A DNA stretch of 62,000 nucleotides from Octopus vulgaris (Eukaryota). The stretch's first letter is position 1; each line of letters starts with the position of its first letter. The position numbers and the translations under genes are program-made. The DNA lies in contig OX597815.1 of the NCBI GenBank assembly GCA_951406725.2, positions 35,608,001-35,670,000 of the forward strand, written 5' to 3'. The notes below the pieces were generated by a model. That model was not told where the DNA came from. It did not search any database and was given only the letters and a program-made list of their open reading frames with translations. This document shows positions 24,414 through 37,658 of this stretch, one piece after another.

Positions 24414-24487
<74 letters not shown>

Positions 24488-24872
24488 GTCCCGTAGATCC
24501 TATAAAGATTCTTTCCTGACAGAAAGATTTAAAAAAAAAACCGCCTTCGAATGTCGTATCATTTCCTTTTGATGGTAACTACTAGCGTCGAATTACACAA
24601 ATCATTAGAATCATGAGAGCGGAGCAAGAGCTCCTTGCAAACTATTCCTTGGTTGATAACCAGGGAAAGATACACATCCAGAGAAGTTGCGCAGCTTTAG
24701 AGCAAAAGATCATCAGACGAAAAACTTTGGCTTATCAGCAGAAGGTCCATGCATGGCTATGTTGTCAGAAAACTTCAACGTGAGATAGAGAGAGGTGGGG
24801 AGCCAAAGAGACAGAGATAACTAGAACACTCTATTTATCAAGCAACTGTTATATTAGCTCTTTGAACGGTAT

Positions 24873-25027
24873 AAGTAGCGTAGCTGGGGGAGGGGGTCAG
24901 CCCCGGGCGACGCTTTTATGGGCAACATTTTTGGATCTACTGTAAAAGCTTGAATAGGCTTGGGAGCTCGGAAGGTTTGCACATTCTAGGCTTGCCTTGG
25001 GAGGCACACACTCAAGCTACTCCACTG
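24873..25027. mobile_element. hAT-like MITE (CAGTGGCGTAGC-type termini)
   Basis: agtagcgtagct and agctactccactg are imperfect TIRs; the TSD is not preserved. Confidence 0.45.
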
Positions 25028-25754
25028 AGTGCATTTACAGGATCTAGTTTTTTCCTTTGCAAAATATGCATTTTGTTTTTAAAAAGAAGTAAAAAATCTT
25101 AAAATCGCCTATATTAATGTAGCCTACCAGTCTCACTGCTTTGAAGGTATGATGATGTGGAGAATAAAGTTACAGAGGTTTAAAAATCGAAAAAAAAAAA
25201 CTGTATTTATAGCTAATAGCGAGACAGAATTTCTTTTTTTTCTTTTTTTTTTCTTTTTTTTTTTTTTGCGTTTAGCGGAGCGGTGTCGACTTCAAGGTTG
25301 TACCCTGTGAAATTTATAGTTTAGCGTCTGACCTGTACATTGTAGGTTTCTAAATAAACAGAAATACCTAATAAAATCAACATGTATCATCTTACTATTT
25401 CTTTTGTCTCTTCATTCATTGTATTTTTTATTATTTTTTAAAAATTTGCTATATTAATATATTTGTCTGAATACCCTAACCACTAAGCCACGCGCTTTCA
25501 CATGTTCCTGTTGAAGCCTGTCTAAAACTTTATTTGTCCATTTGTGTACCAATCATGTAAAGTTGGACTTCATGAAACCTGAAAAGTCACGACTAATTAT
25601 GAAATTAATTTACAATTCACTAATAGAAAAGTGAAAATATGTAAAGCATTCCAAAAAATTTAGACCTTTGTAGATACATATTCATGCGCAGAGACCTAAA
25701 AGCATATACGGTAAAACATACAGAACCACACATGCAATAACACCATGCGTGCAC

Positions 25755-25785
<31 letters not shown>

Positions 25786-26949
25786 TGTATGTATGTATGT
25801 ATGTATGTATGTATGTATGTATGTATGCATACATACATACATACATGCATACATACATACATGTGTATATGTATATACACACATACATGTGTATGTGTGA
25901 AAAAAATATATATAAATACACACATACATTTATATATGCATACATGGCTAGCTAGTTAATGTTTTCTAAATTCCATTGAAAACAGACTTTTTTCAGTTTG
26001 CAAACCGGCTCTTTTTCTATTGGTGAGAAATTTTAATGATAAAGCCAGGCGATCATACATACATACATACATACATACATACATACATACATACATACAT
26101 ACATACCTTATGCGTATTTCAGTATTATGTATACATGTCATGTATTTGCGTACATCGTTAATGTATGTGTGCGTGTGTGTGTGTGTGTGAAAGGGGCATT
26201 TGTCTTCAAAACTCCAAAGTTGAGTAACGTTTTTCATACTTGGATTTGTAAACTACGGTAAGAGTAACACTGGTCAACAAAGAATTTGTCCCAAAGAAAA
26301 GAATACCTGTAACTCGTGTGTTTTTGCATGCAGAATTCAAAAATAATGTCAAATTATCTGTATCACCAACAGTTTCTCTGTTCCCCGATGTCCCTCTCAG
26401 TTCCTGTTACGTAGGCTAAATTTCAGTTAAGCTGTTGAAACGTGAAGCTAACGGTTTAAGAAATACTCTTAATTTAGATTTTTATGAATAGAATTAACCT
26501 AGTGAAATCATAAATCCAGCTGAGTCAATGAGTCCCGAAAGAAGAATCAAGTGTGAAAAATCAACACAGACAACAGTGAACCACAATACAGCGTGCGGTT
26601 GTCATGGTAACAAGCTGCTAATGTCACGCCGTCTGTTGATTGGCTAAAATTACCCAAATTTCCCAACTTTAATTCCAAATAACGTCAGATTTTAAAATTT
26701 ACGTGATATAGTAATTGGTTGATCGTAATCAACATTCAAAATTGCATCGATACGCCCAAACTGAAAGCAATCTGAGCAAAATTATTTTCCTAACACAGAA
26801 AATAACAAAATACATGATGCAGAAAAAGGATAGAGACGCAGATTAAAAAACACCTGAATACACTTTCGTGGGAATTGATACTTTATATGTCACACATATC
26901 ATAAGTAATTATCTAGAGAGGCCTCCTGATGCTATCTACGTATGAAGCA

Positions 26950-27376
26950 TAATGAGGTGGCTAAACACGGCACGTTGCGAAAATGACAGTCCTGGAGAGG
27001 AAAGGAATTTCAGTGATGTAAAGAGCGATATCCATAAAAAGGAATACGCGTGGAATATTTCTGTTTCTGGCACTCAGTCGATTACGACGACGAGGGCTCA
27101 ACGGAACCGCCAGCTCGTGGAATTAACGTGCAAGTGACTGAGCACTCCATAGACACGTGTGCCCTTAACGTAGTTTTCGGGGAGATGCAGCATGACACAG
27201 AATGTGACAAGGCTGGCCCTTTCAAATACAGGTACTACTCATTTTTGCCAGCTGAGTGGACTGGGGCAACGTGAAATAAAGTATCTTGCTCAAGGACACA
27301 ATGCGGCGCCGGGCGGGAATCGAACTCACGACCTTACAACCGTGAGCCGAATACCCTAACCACTAAGACACACGCT
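26950..27376 (-). mobile_element. SINE family C
   Basis: Body homologous to the 13122 copy (gaattaacgtgcaagtgactgagcactcc...ggccctttcaaatacaggtac); tRNA-like head at 27310-27376. Confidence 0.8.
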
Positions 27377-27924
27377 TTCACATGTTCCTGTTGAACCTCT
27401 GCAAAATGAAGGCACAGCAAATTTGACAATGATCCGGAACGAAGAAAAAGTGCACATTAGTCGCATTCAATTGTCGGTTGTCTTGCAGATTTAAAGAAAA
27501 AAAGGAAAGCCTGTCTAAAACTTTATCTGTCCACCTGTGAATATATTGGCCTGCCTCAGTACCAATCATGTAAAGGTGGAATTCATGAAACCAGAAAAGT
27601 TACGACTAATTATGAAATTAATTTACAATTCACTAATAGAAAAGTGAAAATATGTAAAACATTCGAAAAATTTAGACCTTTGTAGATACATTATATTCAC
27701 GCGCAGAGACCTGAAAGCATATACGGTAAAATATACAGAACCACACATGCAATAACATCCATGCGTGCACACATATATGTGTGTATATATACATACATAC
27801 ATACATACATACATACATACATACATACGTGTGTATGTGTATATAAACACACATACATGTGTATGTGTGAAAAAATATATATGCATATATATATATATAT
27901 ATATCACCGTGATCACCGTGATCA

Positions 27925-28217
27925 CCGTGACCGACCAGGCTATCAGATGTAGTTACACATCGCTGGTCACAATGTGTTCGCATTGTTTTAGCCTTCGAAT
28001 GACGCCACCCCGCTGGCTATGCGAGCAGGCCAACAGAAGAAAGAGTGAGAGAAAGTTGTGGTGAAAGAGTACAGCAGGGATCACCACCCCCTGCCGGAGC
28101 CTCGTGGAGCTTTTAGGTGTTTTTGCTCAATAAACACTCACAACGCCCGGTCTAGGATATCGAAACCGCGATCCTACGACCGCGAGTCTGCTGCCCTAAC
28201 CACTAGGCCATTGTGCC
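27925..28217 (-). mobile_element. SINE family C
   Basis: Reverse-complement head ggcacaatggcctagtggttagggcagcagactcgcgg. Confidence 0.85.
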
Positions 28218-28850
28218 TTTGCAAACTGAAAAAAGTCTTTTTTCAATGGAATTTAGAAAACATTAACTAGCTAGCCATGTGTGCATGTATAAATGTGTGC
28301 TTGTATTCATATGTATATGCATACATATTGATATATATATATATATTTATATATATGTATTATATATACATATATATAAATATATATATTTATCAATATG
28401 TATGCATATACATATAAATACAAGCACACATTTATACATGCACACATGGCTAGCTTGTTAATGTTTTCTAAATTCCATTGAAAAAAGACTATTTTTTTCA
28501 GTTTGCAAACCGGCTCTTTTTCTATTGGTGAGAAATTTTAATGATAAAGCCAGGCGATCGTACATACATACATACATACATACATACATACATACATACA
28601 TGCATGCATGCATGCATACATACATACATACATACATACATACATACATACATACATACATACATACATACATACATACACTAATTACACGAGTGCGAAC
28701 AACATCCACACATCCACCCACATATACGCACACCATATATTCACACATACCCACGAATCCTAAGAACTGTCTTGATTCAAACAAACAAGCCTTATCAGTT
28801 TCTTAGTAATCGGCTTCATTTCTCCAAAATAGAACTTAACTATTACTTAA

Positions 28851-28916
<66 letters not shown>

Positions 28917-29384
28917 TACAGTCGAATAAAGAAAATTTGGACCTCGGAACTCTACATTCAATAAAGCAGAGGCCCACAATGTGTTTACAGTGCCAGTGCT
29001 CATGCCGACATTCGGGCCGCTTAATGAGATCCGAGCCATTGATGTGAAAACCCGAAAAAATACTAACCAGCACACATAATTTCCACTTCGACAGTGACTC
29101 AGTCCGCCTCTAACGAAAACGAGGCGGCAAAAGATTCACATCGATCCAGACTGCCTTTGAATGTTGTTTCATATCCCATCGGCAACTCTTGTCGAAGTGC
29201 ATCACTTGACAAAGTTTGTATTCATGACGCTGATAACATCATAAGACACGGAAAGCAGCTCATTGAGCAGCACTCCTTGTCTGATAACCTTCAATACTTG
29301 CCCAAAGAAGTCACACGACTCTACTGCTATGTATCATCAGATGAAAATATGAAAGTATGTCAGCAGGATATGTTAATATATTTA

Positions 29385-29605
29385 TTTCTTTACTACCCTC
29401 AGTGGGCTTAACACAGAGGTGACAAACAAGGACAAACGGACCAAGTCGATTAGATCGACCCCAGTGCGTAACTGGTACTTATTTAATCGACCCCGAAAGG
29501 ATGAAAGGTAAAGTCGACCTCGGCGGAATTTTAACTCAGGACGTAACGGTAGACAAGATACCGCGAAGCATTTCGCCCGGTGTGCTAACGATTCTGCCAA
29601 GCTCT
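29385..29605 (-). mobile_element. SINE family B
   Basis: Consensus match. Confidence 0.9.
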
Positions 29606-29609
29606 GAGA

Positions 29610-30425
29610 TGATAGTAACATTGATCGTCAAAGCAGTCTATCATGGACCGACTAAATTACTACCTCACACTTTGAAGAGTATGCGTTTGCAATCTAGGAA
29701 CAGGGAATATCAACCAAATACCTGATGCACAAAAGGAGCAGAGATACAGGAAAAGCTGCAAAATGTGACAACCGATGCAGACTTTGTGGAGTTAACACCG
29801 AACATATCACCCACATCATAAGCATTTGTCGGAAAATGTAATCACGGTATTATCTACCGATGAGACATGATGTTGTAGCTCGGACACTGTATAATGAAAT
29901 CCGTCGGAAGGATAACCGCGAGGACAAAGAAATAAGAACCCACAGTATGGAGGAAGCCAACGCTACTCATCATAAAAAGGAGACTCGTAGAATGTCCCAG
30001 AGAAAACCTCAATAAAACCTAAACAAATAGACCTGACACAATGATTTGGGATAGAGAAGAGAAACTGTACAGTTCTGGAAATCAGCAGCCCAGCGGATGC
30101 TAACATAAAGCTAAAGATCAGCGAAAAACAAAATACCTACGTTGAAATATTGAGAAATTTGACGCTACTCTATCCAGATTACAAGTTGAGGCTTGTACCT
30201 GTAATTATTGGGACATTGGGATATGTGACACACTACCTAAATGCCAATTTGAGAAATTAGGCTTCTCAAAACTAGAAAAGAAAAAGCTGACTCGAAGACT
30301 GCAGATCCAATCCATCACTGGAACTGTAAAAATCTGTAAAACTTTCCAGAAGTTTATCATTTAAATATACATGAGCATGTCTAGATATGCAACTATAAGC
30401 ACAAGAAAACACACAAATCTGCGCA
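29610..30425 (+). mobile_element. R4/Dong-like non-LTR retrotransposon 3' end (CCHC knuckle plus restriction-like endonuclease), disrupted
   Basis: CRLCGVNTEHITHIISIC...YLPMRHDVVA, RPD.MIWDREEK and VPVIIGTLGYV...RRLQIQSITGTVKICKTFQKFII. Confidence 0.85.
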
Positions 30426-31547
30426 TATACATACATATAAAAATATCCTGTTGATGTTTGTTGAAATTCCAATGAAAGAACCTTGGATCTAGGTTAGAAG
30501 CCGGTTCTTTCTCTATTGGCAAAAAAAAATTTGAAATAAAACTGAATAATGACATTCATACATACACATATGAATACATATACACATACACACATGCATA
30601 CATACATACATATGTTAGCAACCGGGTTGAACATACATACACACACATATGCATACACCTACATACGTATATACGTACGTACGTACGTATGTATGTATGT
30701 ATGTATGTATGTATGTATGTATCTACGTATATACGTACGTACGTACGTACGTATGTATTGTCTGTCTGTCTGTCTGTATGTATGTATGTATGTATGTTAG
30801 CAACTGGTTTGAACCCTCTCAAGAACTTCAATTAAACTGAAAAATCATACTACGCATATACATGCAAACATGCATGCCTACACGATGGCTGTCTACCATC
30901 CGTGTCAATCTCGTTTACAACTCATGAACCGTAAAGTATTGCTTCAAGTCCGCTAGCGAGTGTTAGTCTTTATTGCATACCGCGCATACCGATCAGTAGC
31001 ATTTATATGAAAAACTGCTTGGTTACCCACAATTCAATCGAATCATACCCGTTCTTCGAGTAGACAACTGAAGCTTGATCAAAATTATTTTACAGGCTCC
31101 TTACGCGTGGGTTGGGTTTTACCTGCTTACTTCTAATTGGTAAACTTATACACGTCACCAAATATCTAACCGTCAATAGACTTTCAAATATTTATATCAA
31201 TGGAAATCGCCTGACAATGTAACGTTAACAAAAGATAACTGTATGGGAACTTTTTATAATGAACTGAGATTGCACTTCACATAATTTACTTTTTTAATTT
31301 TCGGCGGAATAAAAGATTAGGTTTTATATCACACAGTAATTCAACTTTTAATCCTCTCCAAACAAAGAGACCCAGCAGGCGTTTGAATTCAGAATTCTCC
31401 CGCTTTCAAATACTTCCCACAACCACCACTACTACCACCACCACCAAAAGCAAAGAGCTCTATTTACTCCTCTGATAGATACATTTATTCTTGGAGTGCA
31501 AACATAAACAATTGTTGTTGTTTTTTTATCGAACGAGCCTAAATACA

Positions 31548-31778
31548 TATTTCGTTATTACCCACAAGGGGCTAAACATAGAGGGGACAAACAAGGACAG
31601 ACATAGGTATTAAGTCGATTACATCGACCCCAGTGCGTAACTGGTACTTAATTTATCGACCCCGAAAGGATGAAAGGCAAAGTCGACCTCGGCGGAATTT
31701 GAACTCACAACGTAACGTCAAACGAAGTACCGCAAAGCATTTCGCCCGGCGTGCTAACGCTTCTGCCAGCTCGCCGCC
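31548..31778 (-). mobile_element. SINE family B, full-length, with TSD
   Basis: cctaaataca duplicated at 31538-31547 and 31777-31786. Confidence 0.95.
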
Positions 31779-31892
31779 TAAATACAGTTGAAGGAAAGGT
31801 TGGGTATGTAATACAGATTCAACCAGAGCTAGCTGAAGGCATTGGCAACTTAGGCAGTCTCCTAGGGCCATGCGTGCTAGGGGACTCTAAAT

Positions 31893-32270
31893 CATATTCT
31901 TTTCTTTTCTTTATTTCTTTTATTTGTTTCAGTCATTTTACTGTGGCCATGCTGGAGCACCGCCTTTAGTCGAGCAAATCGACCCCAGGACTTATTCTTC
32001 GTAAGTCTAGTACTTATTCTATCACTCTCTCTTGCCGAACCGCTAAGTGACGGGGACGTAAACACACCAGCGTCGTTTGTCAAGCGAAGTCGGGGGGACA
32101 AACACAGACACACAAACTTATACACACACACACACACACACATACGACGGGCTTCTTTCAGTTTTCGTCTACCAAATCCGCTCACAAGGCTTTGGTCAGC
32201 CCGAGGTTATAGTAGAAGACACTTGCCCAAGGTGCCACGCAGTGGGACTGAACCCAGAACCATGTGGTTG
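31893..32270 (-). mobile_element. SINE family A
   Basis: Near full-length consensus match with an internal (CA)n. Confidence 0.9.
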
Positions 32271-33778
32271 GAAGAGAAAAGAGTTACATGTGTTGTAATT
32301 GACATGTATCCGAGGATAGTGGAAATAATGGTTTCTAACATTGATACAAAATCTTATTTTTGAGGTGGTGGGAAGGAAACGTAGTTATTAAATTGATCCC
32401 AGTATTTGGTTCATACTAATTTTGTCTTTCCAGGAAGAATGCAATGCAAAGTTGATCAAAGCGAGGAAAAGACAAAGTATGGTTTTCCACAATAGACATC
32501 CGCCACACAGGTGGTGGCACACAAACCACCATACAATGACCCCCAAGAACTATGCCAATTGGGCGCAAACTCCTTGTAGAGCTTCCTATGCTGGATAGGT
32601 TAAAGGATGGGGGCCAAACTAATATTGGTTTCAAATTTTTAGTACAATGCCAGAAAGTTCGGGAGAAGGGTTAAGTCGATTACATCGATCTCAGTGCTCA
32701 ACTGGTGCTTATTTTATAGACCCCGAAAGTATTAGAGGCAAAGATGGCCTCAGCAAAACAAAGAAACCAGAACGTAAAGACGGATGAAATGCCGCTAAGC
32801 ATTTTGCCCGGCGTGCTAACGATTCTACCAGCTCACTGTCTTACGCCAAACTTATATTGACCACCAAATGGATTTGCTTAAGGCCAACAACACTAACTAG
32901 AAAAAAAAAAAGCAAAGTTACAGAAGTATCGATGTTAGCTCAAAACCAAACTACAGAAAAACCGTCGATGGCCTATGCTTCATAGGAAGCGAATGACTTA
33001 AGTTAAATATGTAACGATAAATATGAATACGATCACAAATTTTGGGGAAGCGAACGGTCGATTAAATCAACCTCAGTAACTGATACAAACTTAAGGCTGG
33101 CGGGATTTAAATTCAAAAAATGTAAAAGGACGTAGCTAAATACCGCCCGATATTCTATCCGATGCTCTAGTATAAAGAGATTTGAACGCATCAGTACAAA
33201 TTAAGAACATTTACGTTTATATCTGCACTTACTTGTTTAGTAACCTCGCCTCCCGTTCAGCTCTACTCATCACACCTAATAAACTGAAAAGCGTTTCAAG
33301 CGTGACTATCCCATCTTTCACTCAAACGTAGTGTATCTAGAATTACATTACGTAATGTGTTCTTCCTACTTAAAGACGGTGGTTGTATGATTAGACGGTA
33401 ATTGGACTGCCAGTGGAGCAGATACGTAAAGACTCCCGCGAGCATCATGTTTGCCAGAAAATTACTACGATAGAGGAAATCTGAACTGACATAAATCTTA
33501 AATAAACATACACTGTATAGAGGTGCCTGTGTGTACTGCGTGTTGAGGCATGTCCACGGTTCTTTATAACGAATATATATTATACTGTTCCCAATAAAGG
33601 TAGATATAAATATATATGTTCAATGGACAGCTAGGTCGGTAAATTAAGAATCATTTCAAACGGTTTATATGTATTAACACGTCATTCGGTTATTCGAGCT
33701 CTGTGAGTCAGTAATATTTTATCACCAACACACACGTACTTACACACGCGCACACGGAAGTATACGTTACAGTGGGTG

Positions 33779-33856
<78 letters not shown>

Positions 33857-34127
33857 GTGTGTGTGTGTGAAAACCTAATTAAAAATTATCTAATTAAAAC
33901 TTAAAACTTAGAGAACAAATTCACCTAAACCGGAAAGAAATATGTTAATTTAGGTTAGAAAACACTTTACGAAGATATATGAGTAAGTTTTAATTTTTAT
34001 AACACTGTGGCTGTATAGAACTTAATCAGAATTTCCGCTAGGTATGTTCTGTTAGTATTGACAAACCACTCATACAGGAAGCCGACTAGATAATGATAAT
34101 CTACGTCAATCTCTAACTGTACACACA

Positions 34128-34200
<73 letters not shown>

Positions 34201-34529
34201 CGCACGTGTGTGTAGGTAATTATTCAGTTTTATTTCAAGGTTTCTTGCCAATAAAGAGCCGCCCTCTAACCTAAATCCAAGGCTCTTTCGTTGGAATTTC
34301 AACAACAACGAGGTACTTTAGTGTCTGTATATGCAGTATTTTGAATCGTATGTATGTATATATGCATACATGCATACAAACACTCGCATACTAATACAGT
34401 GAACCCACGTTAAACCGTACTAATAGGGTGGATGATAATATTTTTTAGCTGATTCTCTGATTAAACCAAAACTATTGGGATAATAATTTAATTGGGTGTC
34501 TTTCAGTCAGGAAGAAAATTTAGTACCCA

Positions 34530-34928
34530 CTAGCAGTATCGCCCGGCGTTGCTCGGGTTTGTAAGAGAAATAACTATATAAGCATTTTTAGAGAGTTATA
34601 GCCAAAAAATAGCAAAAAAATGCATTAAAAATGGAAAAAAATTAAGGTAAATTTTTGTTATAAATCGTTGACACATCGTAGATATTTTTAGAGAGTTACT
34701 TCCCTTATATAATAGCGAAAAAAAATGCATTAAAATGGAAAAATATGATGGTAAATTTTTTTTAAATCGTAGACTCATCGTAGACGCGCGCTAATACCCA
34801 GAAGGGCTCGATATGACTCACGACTTTAAGATACCCGCTTTTGGTTAAACTGCACCGCAAAATGTGGGAGTAGTTACGAATCTAAATCGTAGGAGACAGA
34901 CACACAACTTCACTTTTATATATAAAGA
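34530..34928 (-). mobile_element. Complete non-autonomous Helitron (399 bp)
   Basis: On the minus strand A|TCTTTATATATAAAAG...CCGAGCAACGCCGGGCG atactg CTAG|T: TC start, subterminal GC hairpin, CTAG end, AT target, no TSD. Confidence 0.9.
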
Positions 34929-35036
34929 TATAAGCCACGTAGTTATATACACATACTTTGTTATATACACATTCTTAAAAGAAAATGTTATTTTGAACAC
35001 AACATTTATAAAGAATAAAATATTTTTTGGTTTTTC

Positions 35037-35745
35037 TTAACCCTTTCGTTACTATATTTCTGACCAAAATACACCCCTTATGTGTTTCAATTAATTTCTA
35101 ACGTAATCATAAATTCAGTCTGGTTTCATTAAACATTTATAACTTTTTTATTTATCAATGTATTAACGTGAATTTTGGAAGATAATTTAATGAAATGTTC
35201 TCAACCAATTCTATACTATAATTTTTGTCACAAAGTGACTCTAATTGCAGGTAGATACAGGTAAATTCAACAAAATATAAAATTATTAAAATTTTGTTCA
35301 AACATCGCTATAGAAAATGGGTTATTAGCTAATATTCAATTGGGTATACAACAAAATTTTACGATAGAATTTGTTATTCTGGGTAACTTTCTGATACCCA
35401 TAATAATATTTATGGCAAAATAGGCCTTAATTTCATTTAATGTTGTGGGAAATAACAAACTATCCTTTCTTTCGCTTTGTTTACGTTTAGCGTAACGGTT
35501 CGTTTCCGCCATAATGATTTCAAATGGGCTCATTCGAAAAAGTAAAAAGAAATAGTCGAAGGCTTTACTCTTCTGGGAAAGTCTGTGGCTTGGTCCAGTT
35601 TCTTCAGAAAAATCACCGAAAGAAACAGTTTTTAAATTTTCACTCCATTCAGGTGCCAATTCATTTTCTTTATCGCTGTCGGAGCTCTCGGATTCACTGT
35701 TTTCACTTTAATCGTTGCACACTTGCAAAGAGACAGGAGGAGATA
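35037..35745 (-). mobile_element. piggyBac-like (PGBD4-type) element, internally deleted and truncated
   Basis: TTAA|CCCTTTCG terminus at 35037-35048; ORF 35336-35659 with FSEETGP, FDYFFLLF, AETNRYA and TTLNEIKAYFAINIIMGIRKLP. Confidence 0.85.
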
Positions 35746-35749
35746 TTAG

Positions 35750-36028
35750 GGTGATAGCATCAGTGAAGCAGATCGCTCCCTTTTTGTGTGTGTGTGTGTG
35801 CGTGTGCTATAGCCCACACTAAGAAAAGCACTTGACTAACACACCAGAATGTGAGTTTTCTCTAAATTTTGCTTAATTGGGGTTGAAATTTTAAAAACTG
35901 GACCTGGCACGACCCGATTTATTCTACTCTTAAAAATGCTAGGTAAATTGTAATTGAAGAAATCCTATATTGTAGATTTCTATAAGAGACAAAGGGAGGC
36001 AGATAAAATCTGCCTTTTATAATAACAG
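35750..36028 (-). mobile_element. Probable Helitron 5' fragment (second family)
   Basis: The minus strand begins A|TCTGTTATTATAAAAGGCAG, a typical Helitron 5' signature; no 3' end found. Confidence 0.45.
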
Positions 36029-36130
36029 ATGACTCTACATGGCCGGCGAGACCCCGACTTTCCGCCGCCGCCCAGCCCGCCCCAACCAGGCCTTTCGCGA
36101 TACCCTTAAAGTCGTGAACGTTCAGCACCT

Positions 36131-36209
<79 letters not shown>

Positions 36210-36594
36210 TGTGTGTATTCTTTTACTTTTATTTTTTTACTTGTTTCAGTCATTTGACTGCGGCCATGCTGTAGCACAACCAACTGGGCCTCTGCAACTA
36301 CTAATAGTAAGGAGGAGGCAGAGAGGCAGAGAGGAAAATATTCTCAAGCTGAGAAGGTGACCTGAATAATTGCAATCGTGGATTGTGTAAAGACATACAA
36401 GATTCCAGGAGTGGTTTTTAACTGGGAGACAAATTACGTATAACCACCCATGTGTCAATATCATCACCTGCAGGTTTTACAAGGTTCAGATGATTAGGAC
36501 GAAGTTGAAGAATGAATCGGACCTTTGCGATGTTTCTGCTCGTTGGTGCCAATCCTGGGTAATGTGGTACTTTTAAGGTTCTGAGATACTCTTT

Positions 36595-36824
36595 ACTCAT
36601 TTACTCTTTTACCTGTTTCAGTCATTTGACTGTGGCCATGCTGGAGCACCGCCTTTAGTCGAGCAAATCGACCCCAGGACTTATTCTTTGTAAACCTAGT
36701 ACTTATTCTATCGGTATCTTTTTGCCGAACCGCTAAGTTACAGGTACGTAAACACACCAGCGTCGGTTGTCAAGCGATGTTGGGGAGGGGGACAAACACA
36801 GACACACAAACATATACACACACA

Positions 36825-36866
<42 letters not shown>

Positions 36867-37025
36867 TACGAAGGGCTTCTTTCAGTTTCCATCTACCAAA
36901 TCCACTCACAAGGCTTTGGTCGGCCCGAGGCTATAGTAGAAGACACTTGCCCAAGGTGCCACGCAGTGGGACTGAACCCAGAACCATCTGGTTTGGTAAG
37001 CAAGCTACTTACCACACAGCCACTC
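36595..37025 (-). mobile_element. SINE family A, near full-length
   Basis: Consensus match with an internal (TA/CA)n. Confidence 0.9.
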
Positions 37026-37141
37026 TTGGAACATCTGAAGTTTCCACTAAGATATTGTTAACCAAGGGATTCTCGTTTGACAGAAAGGGTGGTGAGATTG
37101 ACGACATCGATATCCAGCGTGAATACTTATTGGTTAATACC

Positions 37142-37365
37142 TATTTCTTTATTACCCACAAGGGGCTAAACACAGAGGGGACAAACAAGGACAGACATAG
37201 GTATTGAGTCGATAAAATCGACCCCAGTGCGTAACTGGTACTTAATTTATTGAACCCGAAAGGATGAAAGGCAAAGTCGACCTCGGCAGAATTTGAACTC
37301 ACAACGTAACGACAGACGAAATACGGCTACGCTAAGCATTTCGCCCGACGTGCTAACGTTTCTCG
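37142..37365 (-). mobile_element. SINE family B
   Basis: Consensus match; the tail is followed by GGTATT. Confidence 0.9.
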
Positions 37366-37658
37366 GCAAAAAATAAATACATGGTGAAGGATTCGTGGTC
37401 TTGTTCGAATACATGCCATAGAATGAACTCCATTGTATACATCTAAAAACCGATTAGCGGTGGTAAACCAGGTGGCATATTGGGATATTCATTGACATAA
37501 CACTGGGTTGCCTCTCGCACATACACTTCACCATCTGATGATAGATGTTTTATCATATATATATTTTGGGAACAATGGCATCATCGATTATATATTTTCT
37601 CTGGTTCACTTACATTTCGGAGAATAAGAGTGAGATGGGAATGTATGTTTCGACTCTA

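Larger units (their letters stand above)
25468..28700. repeat. Diverged local duplication (25468-26105 vs 27350-27900 plus 28390-28700)
   Basis: Colinear unique sequence, roughly 90% identical by eye, with indels, a SINE insertion and an inversion in copy 2. Confidence 0.9.

Noticed and set aside
32400-32620. Apparent splice acceptor (ttttgtctttccag) and exon
   Set aside because: The sequence aligns to a degenerate SINE-B body; the frames close quickly.
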